DNA of 32,000 nucleotides from Trichlorobacter lovleyi SZ (GCF_000020385.1 NC_010814.1:2550001-2582000); one strand, 5' to 3'. Shown: positions 1-8,879, numbered from the stretch's first letter. Program-made: numbers and translations. The notes: generated by a model not told the origin, from the letters alone.

Positions 1-1383
1 CCCCAGCATCCCCCCCATAAACAGCACCGGAATAAACACCGCAACCAGTGAGATGGTCATGGAAACAATCGTAAACCCGATTTCCCGCGATCCGCGCAGG
101 GCCGCCTCCATCGGCTTCATCCCCTCCTCAATGTGGCGCACGATATTTTCCAGCATCACAATGGCGTCATCCACGACAAAACCAACCGACAGGGTCAGCG
201 CCAGCAGGCTGATATTGTTGATGGAAATACCCAGGCCGCTCATGACGGCAAAGGTCCCGACAATCGAGAGGGGCACTGCCAGGCTGGGGATCAGGGTGGC
301 CGGCAGGTTGCGCAGAAAGAGAAAGATCACCATGATCACCAGGCAGATGGTCAAGACCAGCGTAAACTTGACTTCATCAACCGACTCCCGGATCGAAACC
401 GTCCGGTCGTAGAGGACATTCATCTGAAGGGCGGCAGGGAGCTGGTTCTGGAATTCCGGCAGGAGTTGCTTGATGGCATCCACCATCTCAATGGTATTGG
501 CGCCCGGCTGACGCTGGACCGCCAGCACAATGGCCCGGGTCGCAAACTCCCTGCGATTGTACCAGGCCGCCACCTTATCGTTCTCCACGCTGTCCAGCGT
601 GGTACCGACATCCTGTACCCGCACCGGCGAACCGTTCTTCCAGGCAATGATGGTCGGCCTGAAGGCCTCTGCCTTCAGGAGCGGCGCATTGGTTTGGATC
701 GTCAGGGCCTGCTGCTTCCCCTGCAGCACACCGGTGGGAAGGTTCGAGTTTGCACGGGCCAGGGCTGAGGCAACCTCATCAATCCCGATCCCGCGGGCCG
801 CCAGCTGACGCGGATCGACCTGCACCCGGGCAGCGTATTTCTGCGAGCCATAGACCAGTACCTGGGCCACACCGCTTACCATGGAGATCCGCTGTGCCAG
901 CATGGTATCGGCGTACTCGTTCACCTGATGCAACGGCATGCTTTCCGAGTTGAGCGCAAGGTAGAGCACCGGCGAATCAGCGGGGTTGACCTTGCGGTAG
1001 GAAGGCGGGGTTGTCATGTCGGCCGGCAGCTTGCGCATCGCCTTCGCAATGGCGGCCTGTACATCCAGCGCAGCTGCATCGATATTGCGTTTCAGGGTAA
1101 ATTTCAGCGTGATGATAGAGATCCCCTGCCCATTGGTAGAGGTCATGGAGTCCAGACCGGCAATGGTGGAAAACTCCCGTTCAAGCGGGGTGGCCACCGC
1201 AGAGGCCATGGTTTCGGGGCTGGCGCCGGGCAGGTTGGAGGTTACCTGTATCGTGGGAAAATCAACCGTGGGCAGGTCATTAACCGGCAGGCCGCGATAG
1301 GCCAGCAGACCGAACACCAGCACGGCCAGCATGACCAGGCTGGTGGCAATCGGCCTGCGGATAAAGAGTTCGGAAACATTCAT
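1..1383 (-). CDS. RND (AcrB/MdtB/MdtC-type) inner-membrane efflux permease, N-terminal 461 codons; the 3' end runs off the window
   Basis: Absent from the ORF track because there is no stop inside the window. Hand translation of the minus strand from the ATG at 1383-1381 gives MNVSELFIRRPIATSLVMLAVLVFGLLAYRGLPVNDLPTVDFPTIQV...SPETMASAVATPLEREF...VVDDAIVMLENIVRHIEEG. This is the canonical RND N-terminus, and it stays open to base 1. The plus-strand ORFs listed between 53 and 1449 are shadow frames. Confidence 0.9.
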   Translation of the reverse strand, partial: MNVSELFIRRPIATSLVMLAVLVFGLLAYRGLPVNDLPTVDFPTIQVTSNLPGASPETMASAVATPLEREFSTIAGLDSMTSTNGQGISIITLKFTLKRNIDAAALDVQAAIAKAMRKLPADMTTPPSYRKVNPADSPVLYLALNSESMPLHQVNEYADTMLAQRISMVSGVAQVLVYGSQKYAARVQVDPRQLAARGIGIDEVASALARANSNLPTGVLQGKQQALTIQTNAPLLKAEAFRPTIIAWKNGSPVRVQDVGTTLDSVENDKVAAWYNRREFATRAIVLAVQRQPGANTIEMVDAIKQLLPEFQNQLPAALQMNVLYDRTVSIRESVDEVKFTLVLTICLVIMVIFLFLRNLPATLIPSLAVPLSIVGTFAVMSGLGISINNISLLALTLSVGFVVDDAIVMLENIVRHIEEGMKPMEAALRGSREIGFTIVSMTISLVAVFIPVLFMGGMLG

Positions 1384-1555
1384 GGCTGCCCTGTGCCCAA
1401 GAAAACAGTCAGACGGATACGCCTTTCGCCTGATCACTGGTTAGTGTAACGTTTTTCTTTTCGGCAGAAAGGGAAGATAACTTGTGCTGATATGCGCTTC
1501 CGGGTTGTTTTTGCAAAATGCGGTAAAATGGATGGAACTGTTGCAGGCAGGCCGG

Positions 1556-3301
1556 TCAAGGCTGTCCGGCACCGCCTGCGCTCTGAAGAATGGTTATCCG
1601 CTGTTCATCTGAATTGCTGACTGTACCGAGTTTTTTCAGATATTCCCTGAAGGCATCGCTGTCGATAATCCCGCTATCACTCCGAAATCCTGCAGCATTT
1701 TTTACGGCAGCAAAACCATCACCGCCGCCAGCCACAAAGGTGTTGACGACGGTACGGTACAGCGCAGCAGGCTCAACCGGCTGAAAGTTCCCCCTGCTGT
1801 CCCTGACGGTCAGGGCTGTCACCCGTGAACCTCTGGGGGCTGACAACTGTACGTTAAACCTGATGCCGGCAACATAGGGCATAACCGGCTGTTTGAGACC
1901 ATACTTGGCAATCAGAAAATCAATATTCCCCTCCAGGGCAGCTTGCAGTTCAGAACCGTTCAGATCAATCAGCACCAGGGTGTCGGCAAAGGGCATCACC
2001 TCCAGCAGATCCCCTTCTGAAATCATGCCGGACAACAGGCTTTTTCTCACACCGCCGTAGTTCAAAAGCGCCACTTGAGCATTGGGGAGCGCTCCCAGCA
2101 TGGCATCAGCAACCAGGGGACCAGGCCCGCTGTTCACCCCCCGTTTCAGGTCTTCTACAGCCCGGGCAACAACAGCCGTATGAAACTGTGCAAGCTGCCG
2201 CTGGTAGGGTGCCAGGGCTGCCAGCACCGCCGGATCTTCGGCAACGATCTGCGCTGTTCCGCTTTGGGCCAGCACATTGACAATGGCCTGATACTGGCTG
2301 CTCTCCGGAGACACCGAGGTACCGTCACGGCTGAAGCGCTCCCCGACCGGGATCACCTGTTTAGCGCTGTAACCGGACACCACCCCTGCCCTGTCAAACT
2401 GGACGTTCAGCCTGCCCAGCAGATGCCCCCACTGCCAGGCCTGGGCCACCAGCACCGGCCTGCCGTCCAGTGCCGCCAGCTCAGTCGGATAGGCCCCATC
2501 CGGTACAAGGCCGACAACAGCCAGTCGCGTTGTATCACCCAGCAGACTGTGGCTGTGCCCGCCGATAATCAGGTCAACCCCGGCGACCTGGCTGGCCAGC
2601 TGCAGATCCTGCTGATATCCCAGGTGGGACAGCAGAATGATCTTGTTGATCCCCTGGGCGGTCAAGGCTGCCACCTGCCGGCGGGTACTGGCCACGGCGT
2701 CGTTAAAGCGCACCCTGCCCACATCATGGGTGGTCTGAGGGGTTGTCTCGGTGGTGACACCGATAATGGCCACTTTTTCACCGGCCACGGTCTTGATCAG
2801 ATACGGTTTGACCAGGGGAGCTATGGCCGGTTCAGCTGAAAAATCGATATTTGCCGAAAGCCAGGGGAAGCGGGAACGTTTGATCCAGCCCGGAATCGGG
2901 GCGGTGCCCCGGTCAAATTCATGGTTGCCGAATGTCATGGCATCCAGCCCCAGCAGGTTCAGGAAATCGAACTCCAGACCGCCATTGAACAGGGTAAAGT
3001 AGAGGGTGCCCTGCAGGGCATCACCGCCATGCAGGAGCAGCAGATCAGGTTCGGACGCCCGCATCCGGTCAAGCACCGTCTTAATCCTGGCAAAGCCCCC
3101 CAGCTCTGCGGTGGTGCTGCCGACACCGTCTATCTCCAGAGTGACCGGTACCGCCTCAAGGTGGGAATGGGTGTCATTCAGGTGCAGCAATGTCAGGCTG
3201 AAGTGTGCCGGAGGAGTGCTGCAGGCGCTTACAACCATGATCAGTACAAACGCTGCCAGCGCCTGCACAAAGGTCCTCAATCTATTTTGCACGGTACGCA
3301 T
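1556..3301 (-). CDS. Bifunctional metallophosphatase/5'-nucleotidase (UshA family), lipoprotein
   Basis: Calcineurin-like phosphoesterase motifs are present: LHLNDTHSH, HGGDALQG, GNHEFD, IIGGHSHS. A C-terminal 5'-nucleotidase-type domain follows. Signal peptide with lipobox VVSAC. Confidence 0.9.
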   Translation of the reverse strand: MRTVQNRLRTFVQALAAFVLIMVVSACSTPPAHFSLTLLHLNDTHSHLEAVPVTLEIDGVGSTTAELGGFARIKTVLDRMRASEPDLLLLHGGDALQGTLYFTLFNGGLEFDFLNLLGLDAMTFGNHEFDRGTAPIPGWIKRSRFPWLSANIDFSAEPAIAPLVKPYLIKTVAGEKVAIIGVTTETTPQTTHDVGRVRFNDAVASTRRQVAALTAQGINKIILLSHLGYQQDLQLASQVAGVDLIIGGHSHSLLGDTTRLAVVGLVPDGAYPTELAALDGRPVLVAQAWQWGHLLGRLNVQFDRAGVVSGYSAKQVIPVGERFSRDGTSVSPESSQYQAIVNVLAQSGTAQIVAEDPAVLAALAPYQRQLAQFHTAVVARAVEDLKRGVNSGPGPLVADAMLGALPNAQVALLNYGGVRKSLLSGMISEGDLLEVMPFADTLVLIDLNGSELQAALEGNIDFLIAKYGLKQPVMPYVAGIRFNVQLSAPRGSRVTALTVRDSRGNFQPVEPAALYRTVVNTFVAGGGDGFAAVKNAAGFRSDSGIIDSDAFREYLKKLGTVSNSDEQRITILQSAGGAGQP

Positions 3302-3366
3302 CCTTTAACCTGGTCAGACAAGCTGCCGGCACCAGCCGGAGAAGAGGTTCACAATACCACATGGAA

Positions 3367-4275
3367 TCACTGCATAAAATACTCAGCCGTGGTCTTGACC
3401 GACCTGATGCCGACCGAGATGTACTTCGGTGCCCCCTGTTCATCGATCCGGTTGCCATGGGCCACGAATTCGCTCAGACCGACATGCCCCGGACTGCCCC
3501 AGTCATAGGTATAGCCCAGCCGCGTCCAGGGATAGGGCAGCGGAGCAGAACTGCTGTTTGCCGGATAAGGGTAGCTGTAAATAAACTGGGTACGGTTATC
3601 AAACCAGCCCCGGTACTCCATGAATTCAGACAGGCCCCCCTCGGTTGCCTTGACCTTCTCCTGCGCCGAAAAGCTCCAGAACATGCTGTAGGGAAAATCG
3701 GTCTGGCATTCCCGGTCAGTTATCTCCGGGTCGGGACAGGGCCTGAACAGATCGTTGGGCGAGACCCACAACTCCAGAAAATAAAGCGCTTCCTTCGGGT
3801 TGCCCGGTGTTGCATACTCAGGCGGCAGCCCCAGCAGCTGTGCAATCCGCAGCGCAGAAGGTGCCGTCCCGCCAAAGTAGTTTTTCAGTTCAGGGGCCAC
3901 CGTCACCCAGGTATCCCAGCGGTAGGTGGGACACTCCTTGCCCTCCTTGCAGGTATCGCCGGCAGAGCAGCCTCCGGGCGGACATTTGTAGTAGGCGCCG
4001 GCACTCCCCATCCAGGTCGTCACCAGGATCCGGCTTCCCACCACGCCGTTTTCCCAGATCAGTTGCGGGTTATCATTGGTGATCGGCGTCAAGCCCTGAT
4101 AGATCTTGGCAGGGGTTACCAGACTGGAATCCAGAACCGCCTGCACGTAAGCAGACTGGGGGTCCGGGTTTGTCTGCGCCGTATCATTTCCGCAGGCGGC
4201 AACCAGAAGCGACAGGGCAACCAGCAGGAGCTGCACCACCACCAGACTCTTTTTCCGCAACATGTTCATACCCAT
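3367..4275 (-). CDS. Exported lipoprotein of unknown function, Cys-rich in the middle (KCPPGGCSAGDTCKEGKECP)
   Basis: Long ORF with signal peptide and lipobox LVAACGND. The start is placed at the internal ATG 4275, preceded by GGAGA; the track start is 4296. I recognise no family motif. Confidence 0.6.
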   Translation of the reverse strand: MGMNMLRKKSLVVVQLLLVALSLLVAACGNDTAQTNPDPQSAYVQAVLDSSLVTPAKIYQGLTPITNDNPQLIWENGVVGSRILVTTWMGSAGAYYKCPPGGCSAGDTCKEGKECPTYRWDTWVTVAPELKNYFGGTAPSALRIAQLLGLPPEYATPGNPKEALYFLELWVSPNDLFRPCPDPEITDRECQTDFPYSMFWSFSAQEKVKATEGGLSEFMEYRGWFDNRTQFIYSYPYPANSSSAPLPYPWTRLGYTYDWGSPGHVGLSEFVAHGNRIDEQGAPKYISVGIRSVKTTAEYFMQ

Positions 4276-4373
4276 GGCAGTCTCCAGGGCCTGCATCCGG
4301 CCCGGATAGCAGTACAGGCCCCCCTGTCCTTTGGCCGGATGGTATCAGACCGGCAGCTCAGTAACGCACGCGC

Positions 4374-4787
4374 CTACTCTTCAACGCAGCTCTTCAATCC
4401 GCCGTTTTCAAAGAAGGCAATCGGCTGTCCCTGCATGCATTTTTTAGCTCCGACAACCGCCGGCTTGGTCAGGGTACAGGACTGCAGCTTACCGGAGGGA
4501 TACAACACCAGTGTGGCAAGGTCACCGCAGGTGACACCGCCGATGGCCAGATCCTCGTATAGTACACAGGAACGCAGTGACCCGTTTTTAAAGAAGCTGA
4601 TCTTGCTGTAGGCGTTACACTTCAGACTGCCCTGCTCATAGACCTTTTTCAGGTCGCATGACTGCAGTGTGCCGTTGGCATGGAAGGCACTATCGGCATC
4701 GGGATTACAGATGGACGGATCTGCCGCATAGACGCTCCCGGCCAGCAGTGACAGACACACCATCAGGTTCAATGTCGGTATCTTCAT
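4374..4787 (-). CDS. Small secreted protein built from about 3.5 copies of a roughly 29-aa Cys-containing repeat
   Basis: The start at ATG 4787 has an AAGGAG RBS; the track start is 4808. Signal peptide ends ...GSVYA/ADP. Repeat units are FHANGTLQSC..GSLKC, FFKNGSLRSC..GGVTC, LYPSGKLQSC..GAKKC and FFENGGLKSC. They loosely recall MORN-variant or LRR-variant repeats. Confidence 0.6.
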   Translation of the reverse strand: MKIPTLNLMVCLSLLAGSVYAADPSICNPDADSAFHANGTLQSCDLKKVYEQGSLKCNAYSKISFFKNGSLRSCVLYEDLAIGGVTCGDLATLVLYPSGKLQSCTLTKPAVVGAKKCMQGQPIAFFENGGLKSCVEE

Positions 4788-4856
4788 GGTCAGTCTCCTT
4801 GTGTTCATAGGTTTGGGGTTTGCAATACAGGCACGATCCGGCTCACTGAGTACCCG

Positions 4857-5705
4857 CTACTGGCCGACAATCCGGATCGCGTGATCGGCGCGGGTTGCAT
4901 ACCATGAATCGGAACGGAACGGCCGCAGGTGAATACCATCCGGGATCAATGCACCATTTTCATCCCGCACATCAGCGCCATGGCTGTCCAGAATCAGCGG
5001 CCGGCCACCCGGCATCCCCCACTGACCGATCCAGATCACCACATGGGAAACCGTCTCACTGCTGCGCGGCCGGATAAAGAGCAGATCTCCCGGCTTCAGT
5101 ACCCTGGCCCACGCCTCAACCGAATCCTGACGGGGGATCAGCCTGACCGGCAGTTCCTGTTCAGTTCCGTTGACCGTCACCGTTTCAATGGCGGCCTGTT
5201 TGTGAATATCCGAGCTGAAACGTATTCCCAGCCCCTGATTATAGACAAACGAGGTAAAATTACTGCAATCTACCCCCCTGCCGTCATGGCGGGTACCGCC
5301 CGGTTTGGGATTGTACCAGCCCGGCGGCGGATCCCAGTCCGGAATATAGTGATGGCGGTAGTGGTAGCCGATGAAACGGAGGGCCGTTGCAATAATCCGG
5401 GCCCGTTTCCAGTCGTCACTCTTCCCTTCGGCAAGTTTGGGCGGTTTGTACTTGTGCGGTAACGGTCCCCAGGGGCCGACCCAGGGATGGCTGTGGCTGT
5501 ACCATTCCGATTCAGGCAGCTTGGCTTCACGGGCGGCCTCCCCCCGTTTTCCCTCCAGCAGATCAGGGATCAGCTCAGGTATCGGCCAGGGCAGTTTTAC
5601 CCCGTAGGGAGACTGATAATCGGCCCCGCCGTTATCAGCGGCAAACCCGACCGGCACGATGACCAGCAGCAGTACGAGCAACAGGCTTGAAACAAGACCT
5701 CCCAT
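4857..5705 (-). CDS. Secreted NlpC/P60 (C40) family peptidoglycan endopeptidase/amidase-like protein
   Basis: Signal peptide present. The catalytic Cys context is GVDCSNFTSFVY and the His context is VSHVVIWIG, followed by DSHG. The start lies 11 nt after the upstream stop and has a GGTGG RBS. Confidence 0.85.
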   Translation of the reverse strand: MGGLVSSLLLVLLLVIVPVGFAADNGGADYQSPYGVKLPWPIPELIPDLLEGKRGEAAREAKLPESEWYSHSHPWVGPWGPLPHKYKPPKLAEGKSDDWKRARIIATALRFIGYHYRHHYIPDWDPPPGWYNPKPGGTRHDGRGVDCSNFTSFVYNQGLGIRFSSDIHKQAAIETVTVNGTEQELPVRLIPRQDSVEAWARVLKPGDLLFIRPRSSETVSHVVIWIGQWGMPGGRPLILDSHGADVRDENGALIPDGIHLRPFRSDSWYATRADHAIRIVGQ

Positions 5706-5716
5706 GCCACCACCCC

Positions 5717-6814
5717 TTAATTCTGTTCTATGGCCAGATAGCTGTAAAATGAGACGAATTCGTCAAAGCTCAGGGCAAAGATCCCCTTTTTACGGGCATA
5801 GCCGTTTTCCGGTCCGGACGGACCGCGGGGAGTAAAGTCGGTTCCCCACGGATTCCAGATAGTGACGGCATCCGTTTCCGGATCAAACCCCATAATGGCA
5901 TAGACATGGTCATAGGCCAGTTTTGCCGGGGGGCGATGCAGCAGCAGCGAGGTTGCCAGTGACTTGCGCTCCTGCATCCTGATCAGCGCCCTGCGCACCT
6001 GATCCCGCTGCACTCGCGCGCCGAGGTGATACATCTTCACCTCGCGGCCGGTCCAGCGTTTGACAACACTGCCGATCGGTATGCCGGCCGTGTCAATCGC
6101 CACGGTCGGATCAGGGATTGCAGCGGACTTGCTGTAGGAGCGGGCCTGAATGGTACCGGTGGCCTTCTCCAGCACGGACATCCAGAGTCCGTCCTGCAGG
6201 GTGGAGTCGGAATCATTGATTGCCAGTTCCGCATCGGTGGGAGCCGTTACCGTGGCCTGATCGCCATTGGCAAAACGAACACGAAAACGCCCGTCATCCA
6301 GCCGGGTAATGGCGTTCATCACCTCGGCAGGCCGGTTCCTGGCCATCCAGCCTGAAGCGGAGAAAAAATAGCAATCCCCCACCGGCCCCTGCTGCAACAG
6401 CTCAAAGGTCGGTTGCCCGTTGGCAAACAGCACCCGCTTGGCCTGCCGCAGCTTCAGCACATTGCGGTAGTAGCGCTCAATAATCTTCGGGTCGTTAATG
6501 GCAGCGGCACCGGCCAGATCAACCGGCGGGTTTTTCTTCAGATAGATCTCCAGCGCCACCAGTGCTGCAGCATCCTCCCCCCGGTAGGCAGGGCTGGCCA
6601 TCTGTGCGATCAGGTCCAGCTTGCTCACCGTCTGATTATCCTGCGACCAGTTTTTCCAGTTACGCTGGACAACAGCGGCAAACGGGACAATCCCTTTCAG
6701 CTGCTCTGCCGTCAACGGGATAACGGCAAGGTCATTGGCCCGGCTGGTAACCGGCAACGACAACGCACCGGCGAGGACCGACAGAAATACAACAGACACC
6801 AGACCCCGTCCCAT
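5717..6814 (-). CDS. Secreted calpain-type (peptidase C2) cysteine protease
   Basis: Signal peptide present and AAGGAG RBS. The calpain triad contexts are readable: QQGPVGDCYFFSASGW (Cys), YDHVYAIMGFD (His) and TIWNPWG (Asn). Confidence 0.85.
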   Translation of the reverse strand: MGRGLVSVVFLSVLAGALSLPVTSRANDLAVIPLTAEQLKGIVPFAAVVQRNWKNWSQDNQTVSKLDLIAQMASPAYRGEDAAALVALEIYLKKNPPVDLAGAAAINDPKIIERYYRNVLKLRQAKRVLFANGQPTFELLQQGPVGDCYFFSASGWMARNRPAEVMNAITRLDDGRFRVRFANGDQATVTAPTDAELAINDSDSTLQDGLWMSVLEKATGTIQARSYSKSAAIPDPTVAIDTAGIPIGSVVKRWTGREVKMYHLGARVQRDQVRRALIRMQERKSLATSLLLHRPPAKLAYDHVYAIMGFDPETDAVTIWNPWGTDFTPRGPSGPENGYARKKGIFALSFDEFVSFYSYLAIEQN

Positions 6815-6911
6815 AACCTGCTCCTTTCAGATCCGTGACAGGCACAAGCGACACCGGATCATTCGCTGATAAAAAACCGCTTGAATCACCGTTGGCGGCA
6901 GGACTGGCCAG

Positions 6912-7592
6912 CTACCTTCTGACCACATTCGGCTGATTCTTGATTCCGGTATAAAAGACCACCAGCCGGACCGGCTCGGTCCCCCTGTTGCTGCCGTTGT
7001 GAAAGGCATCCACCACCTCGATAATGGCATCACCGGCTTTGTAGGCAATGCGCTGGCCACCTTCCAGCTCAACCTCGATCACGCCGGCCAGCACATAGGC
7101 ATAGACCGGTATGGCATGTTTGTGCCAGCCGGTTTCAGCACCGGGGGCCAGATCAACAGTCATGGCCGTCACCTCGGCCCGGTCAGTAACGGGATAGGCA
7201 ATCTTCTGGCCGTTGGCGGTCAGCGTGGTCTGCTTCAACAGCTTTGAGGTTACGCCGCCTTTATACCCTGCCGCCGGAGCCGGTCCCCCTTCAAACAGCA
7301 GCTTTTCACCGACAAAGTAGCGCCCGATCCCCTGATGTTCCCAGAAGGTGCGGGTGCCGTCACTGTAGCGGGCACCCGAGCCGGACACGGCAACGGGCAG
7401 CACCACCCTGCTGCCGTCAGCCAGCCCGACCGTGACATTTTTACGCACAAGATCAAAACAGGCCTGTAACTGCTCACCGCCGGCTGCAGCATAGGTTGCG
7501 GACACCTGCTGCGCCCCGCTGCACGGCAATGTGGCGGCAGACAGCGGCAACGCACACAACAACAGTATTCCTGCAATAGCCAGACGAACCAT
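6912..7592 (-). CDS. Exported fusion of an MliC-like (lysozyme-inhibitor fold) N-domain and a cupin C-domain
   Basis: The start is placed at ATG 7592 with a GGGAGAG RBS. The track start at 7655 would overlap the upstream gene. Signal peptide present. The N-domain reads CSG..ATY....LQACFD...VAVSGSGARYSDG..FWEHQG, which is MliC-like. The C-domain reads GWHKH...YVLAG.....G......GD......HNG, which is cupin-like. Confidence 0.65.
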   Translation of the reverse strand: MVRLAIAGILLLCALPLSAATLPCSGAQQVSATYAAAGGEQLQACFDLVRKNVTVGLADGSRVVLPVAVSGSGARYSDGTRTFWEHQGIGRYFVGEKLLFEGGPAPAAGYKGGVTSKLLKQTTLTANGQKIAYPVTDRAEVTAMTVDLAPGAETGWHKHAIPVYAYVLAGVIEVELEGGQRIAYKAGDAIIEVVDAFHNGSNRGTEPVRLVVFYTGIKNQPNVVRR

Positions 7593-7611
7593 GGTCTCTC
7601 CCTTCATCCTG

Positions 7612-8049
7612 TCAGACTCCGATATCCTCGTTCCACAGCTCCGGTTTTTCCGCAATAAACTGTTCCATCAACCGGATGCAGCGTTCATCCTGCAGCACCT
7701 CCAGCTGTACCCCCCGTGAGCGTAGCAGCTCCTCTTCTCCCAGGAAGGTACGGTTCTCGCCAATCACCACCCTGGGGATGCCGTACAGCAGGATGGCGCC
7801 ACTGCACATCGGGCAGGGAGAGAGGGTGGTATAGAGCACCGCTTCCCGGTAGACCGAGGCCGGTTGACGTCCGGCACGTTCCAGGGCATCCATCTCACCG
7901 TGCAGAATGGCGCTCCCCTGCTGTACCCGCCGGTTATGGCCACGGCCGATAATCCGGTTATTATGGACAATCACCGAGCCGATCGGGATGCCGCCTTCTG
8001 CCAGCCCGGCCTCTGCCTCTTCAATGGCTGCCTGCATGAAACTATCCAT
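7612..8049 (-). CDS. Cytosine deaminase of the yeast Fcy1 / CDA-fold type (cytidine/deoxycytidylate deaminase superfamily)
   Basis: Zinc motifs HGEMDALE and SPCPMCSGA are present. The whole length resembles S. cerevisiae Fcy1 as I remember it (GGVPIG...GRGHN.R...GSA.LHGE...LYTTLSPC.MC.GAI..YGIPR.V.GEN...DERC...M..FI...P..W.EDIG). Confidence 0.8.
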   Translation of the reverse strand: MDSFMQAAIEEAEAGLAEGGIPIGSVIVHNNRIIGRGHNRRVQQGSAILHGEMDALERAGRQPASVYREAVLYTTLSPCPMCSGAILLYGIPRVVIGENRTFLGEEELLRSRGVQLEVLQDERCIRLMEQFIAEKPELWNEDIGV

Positions 8050-8084
8050 AGTCCCCCCTTTTCAGGACCTCAGCCCGGATCAGT

Positions 8085-8879
8085 TCAGGCTGGTTTCAGA
8101 AAATCAACCACAGCGCGGACAAACAGCTCCGGCTGTTCCGTCTGGAGCGAATGCGGCGCACCCTGCAGAACCGTCAGCACGGCATCGGGTAACTGCCGGA
8201 CCAGGTCGTTTGACTGTTCAAGCGGCATCAATCGATCCAGCTCACCTGCCAGCACGCAGGTCGGCACGTTCAGCTGTCCGAGCCATCCCCGTGCATCAAA
8301 TGCCGCGATTGCCCGGATCTGCTGCCTGAATGCCGCTGCCGACTGGGGCCAGGGATAGTTGAGCAGGTACTCCAGCGTCAGTTGCAGCAACCGTTGATCC
8401 TCAAAAAAACGTTCCGTGAAGATCCAGTACAGGAGGCTGCGAAACCAGACGGCACGGTCGCAACCGGCGTCATACAGGTCAGCCCAGTCCTGAAACAGCA
8501 GATTGTTGCGAACCGGATTTCTTGCAGCCGTGGCAGCCAGCAGCAGCCGTTCAACCAGCTCCGGATGGCGACGGGCACACTCCAGTGCCACCATCCCTCC
8601 CATGGAATGTCCCAGCAGGCTGACCCGCGTCAATCTCAGGTAACGGATCAGGGCAGCACAGTCATCGGCCATCAGGCTGATGCTGATCGCGCAATCCTGG
8701 CTTGAACGGCCGACGCCCCGGTTATCCAGCAGGATCAGGGTAAACCGTTCCGCCAGGCCGGGCAGCACCGCCGGCCAGCTCCGGGAATCAGAGGCCAGCC
8801 CGGCAAGCAGCAGCAAGGGTGGCCCGCTGCCGTGCTGTTCAAAATACAGCTGTATCCCGTCATGATCCAAAAACGGCAT
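8085..8879 (-). CDS. Alpha/beta-fold hydrolase
   Basis: Nucleophile elbow LLGHSMGG, an N-terminal HGSGPPLLLLAG oxyanion region, and a C-terminal GAPHS histidine context. Confidence 0.8.
   Translation of the reverse strand: MPFLDHDGIQLYFEQHGSGPPLLLLAGLASDSRSWPAVLPGLAERFTLILLDNRGVGRSSQDCAISISLMADDCAALIRYLRLTRVSLLGHSMGGMVALECARRHPELVERLLLAATAARNPVRNNLLFQDWADLYDAGCDRAVWFRSLLYWIFTERFFEDQRLLQLTLEYLLNYPWPQSAAAFRQQIRAIAAFDARGWLGQLNVPTCVLAGELDRLMPLEQSNDLVRQLPDAVLTVLQGAPHSLQTEQPELFVRAVVDFLKPA

Noticed and set aside
133-1449. Plus-strand ORFs of 119-211 aa (53..412, 133..768, 928..1449 and others) at the left edge
   Set aside because: These are Arg/Gly/His/Gln-rich shadow frames antisense to an RND pump reading frame that is open from 1383 to base 1 and has unmistakable family motifs.
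1384-1555. RND pump gene with no membrane-fusion (adaptor) gene immediately upstream
   Set aside because: Adaptor and outer-membrane genes may lie downstream beyond base 1, and gene order varies among RND operons. This cannot be evaluated from the window.
3361-4611. 416-aa plus-strand ORF, plus similar long antisense ORFs (2075..2839 +, 12811..13533 -, 17255..17989 +, 19729..20748 +, 22203..23357 -, 23560..24159 -, 25865..26698 -, 27339..28154 +, 30889..31443 -)
   Set aside because: Each lies opposite a gene with clear motifs, an RBS and a signal peptide. Their composition is low-complexity Arg/Pro/Gly/His/Cys, typical of high-GC antisense frames. None has a start context or a recognisable domain.
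6871-6898. Possible intrinsic terminator after the MliC-cupin gene (T6 run on the minus strand preceded by CCGC...GCGG)
   Set aside because: The stem is only 4 bp with a 14-nt loop. That is too weak to call, so the MliC-cupin gene may be co-transcribed with the protease pair.
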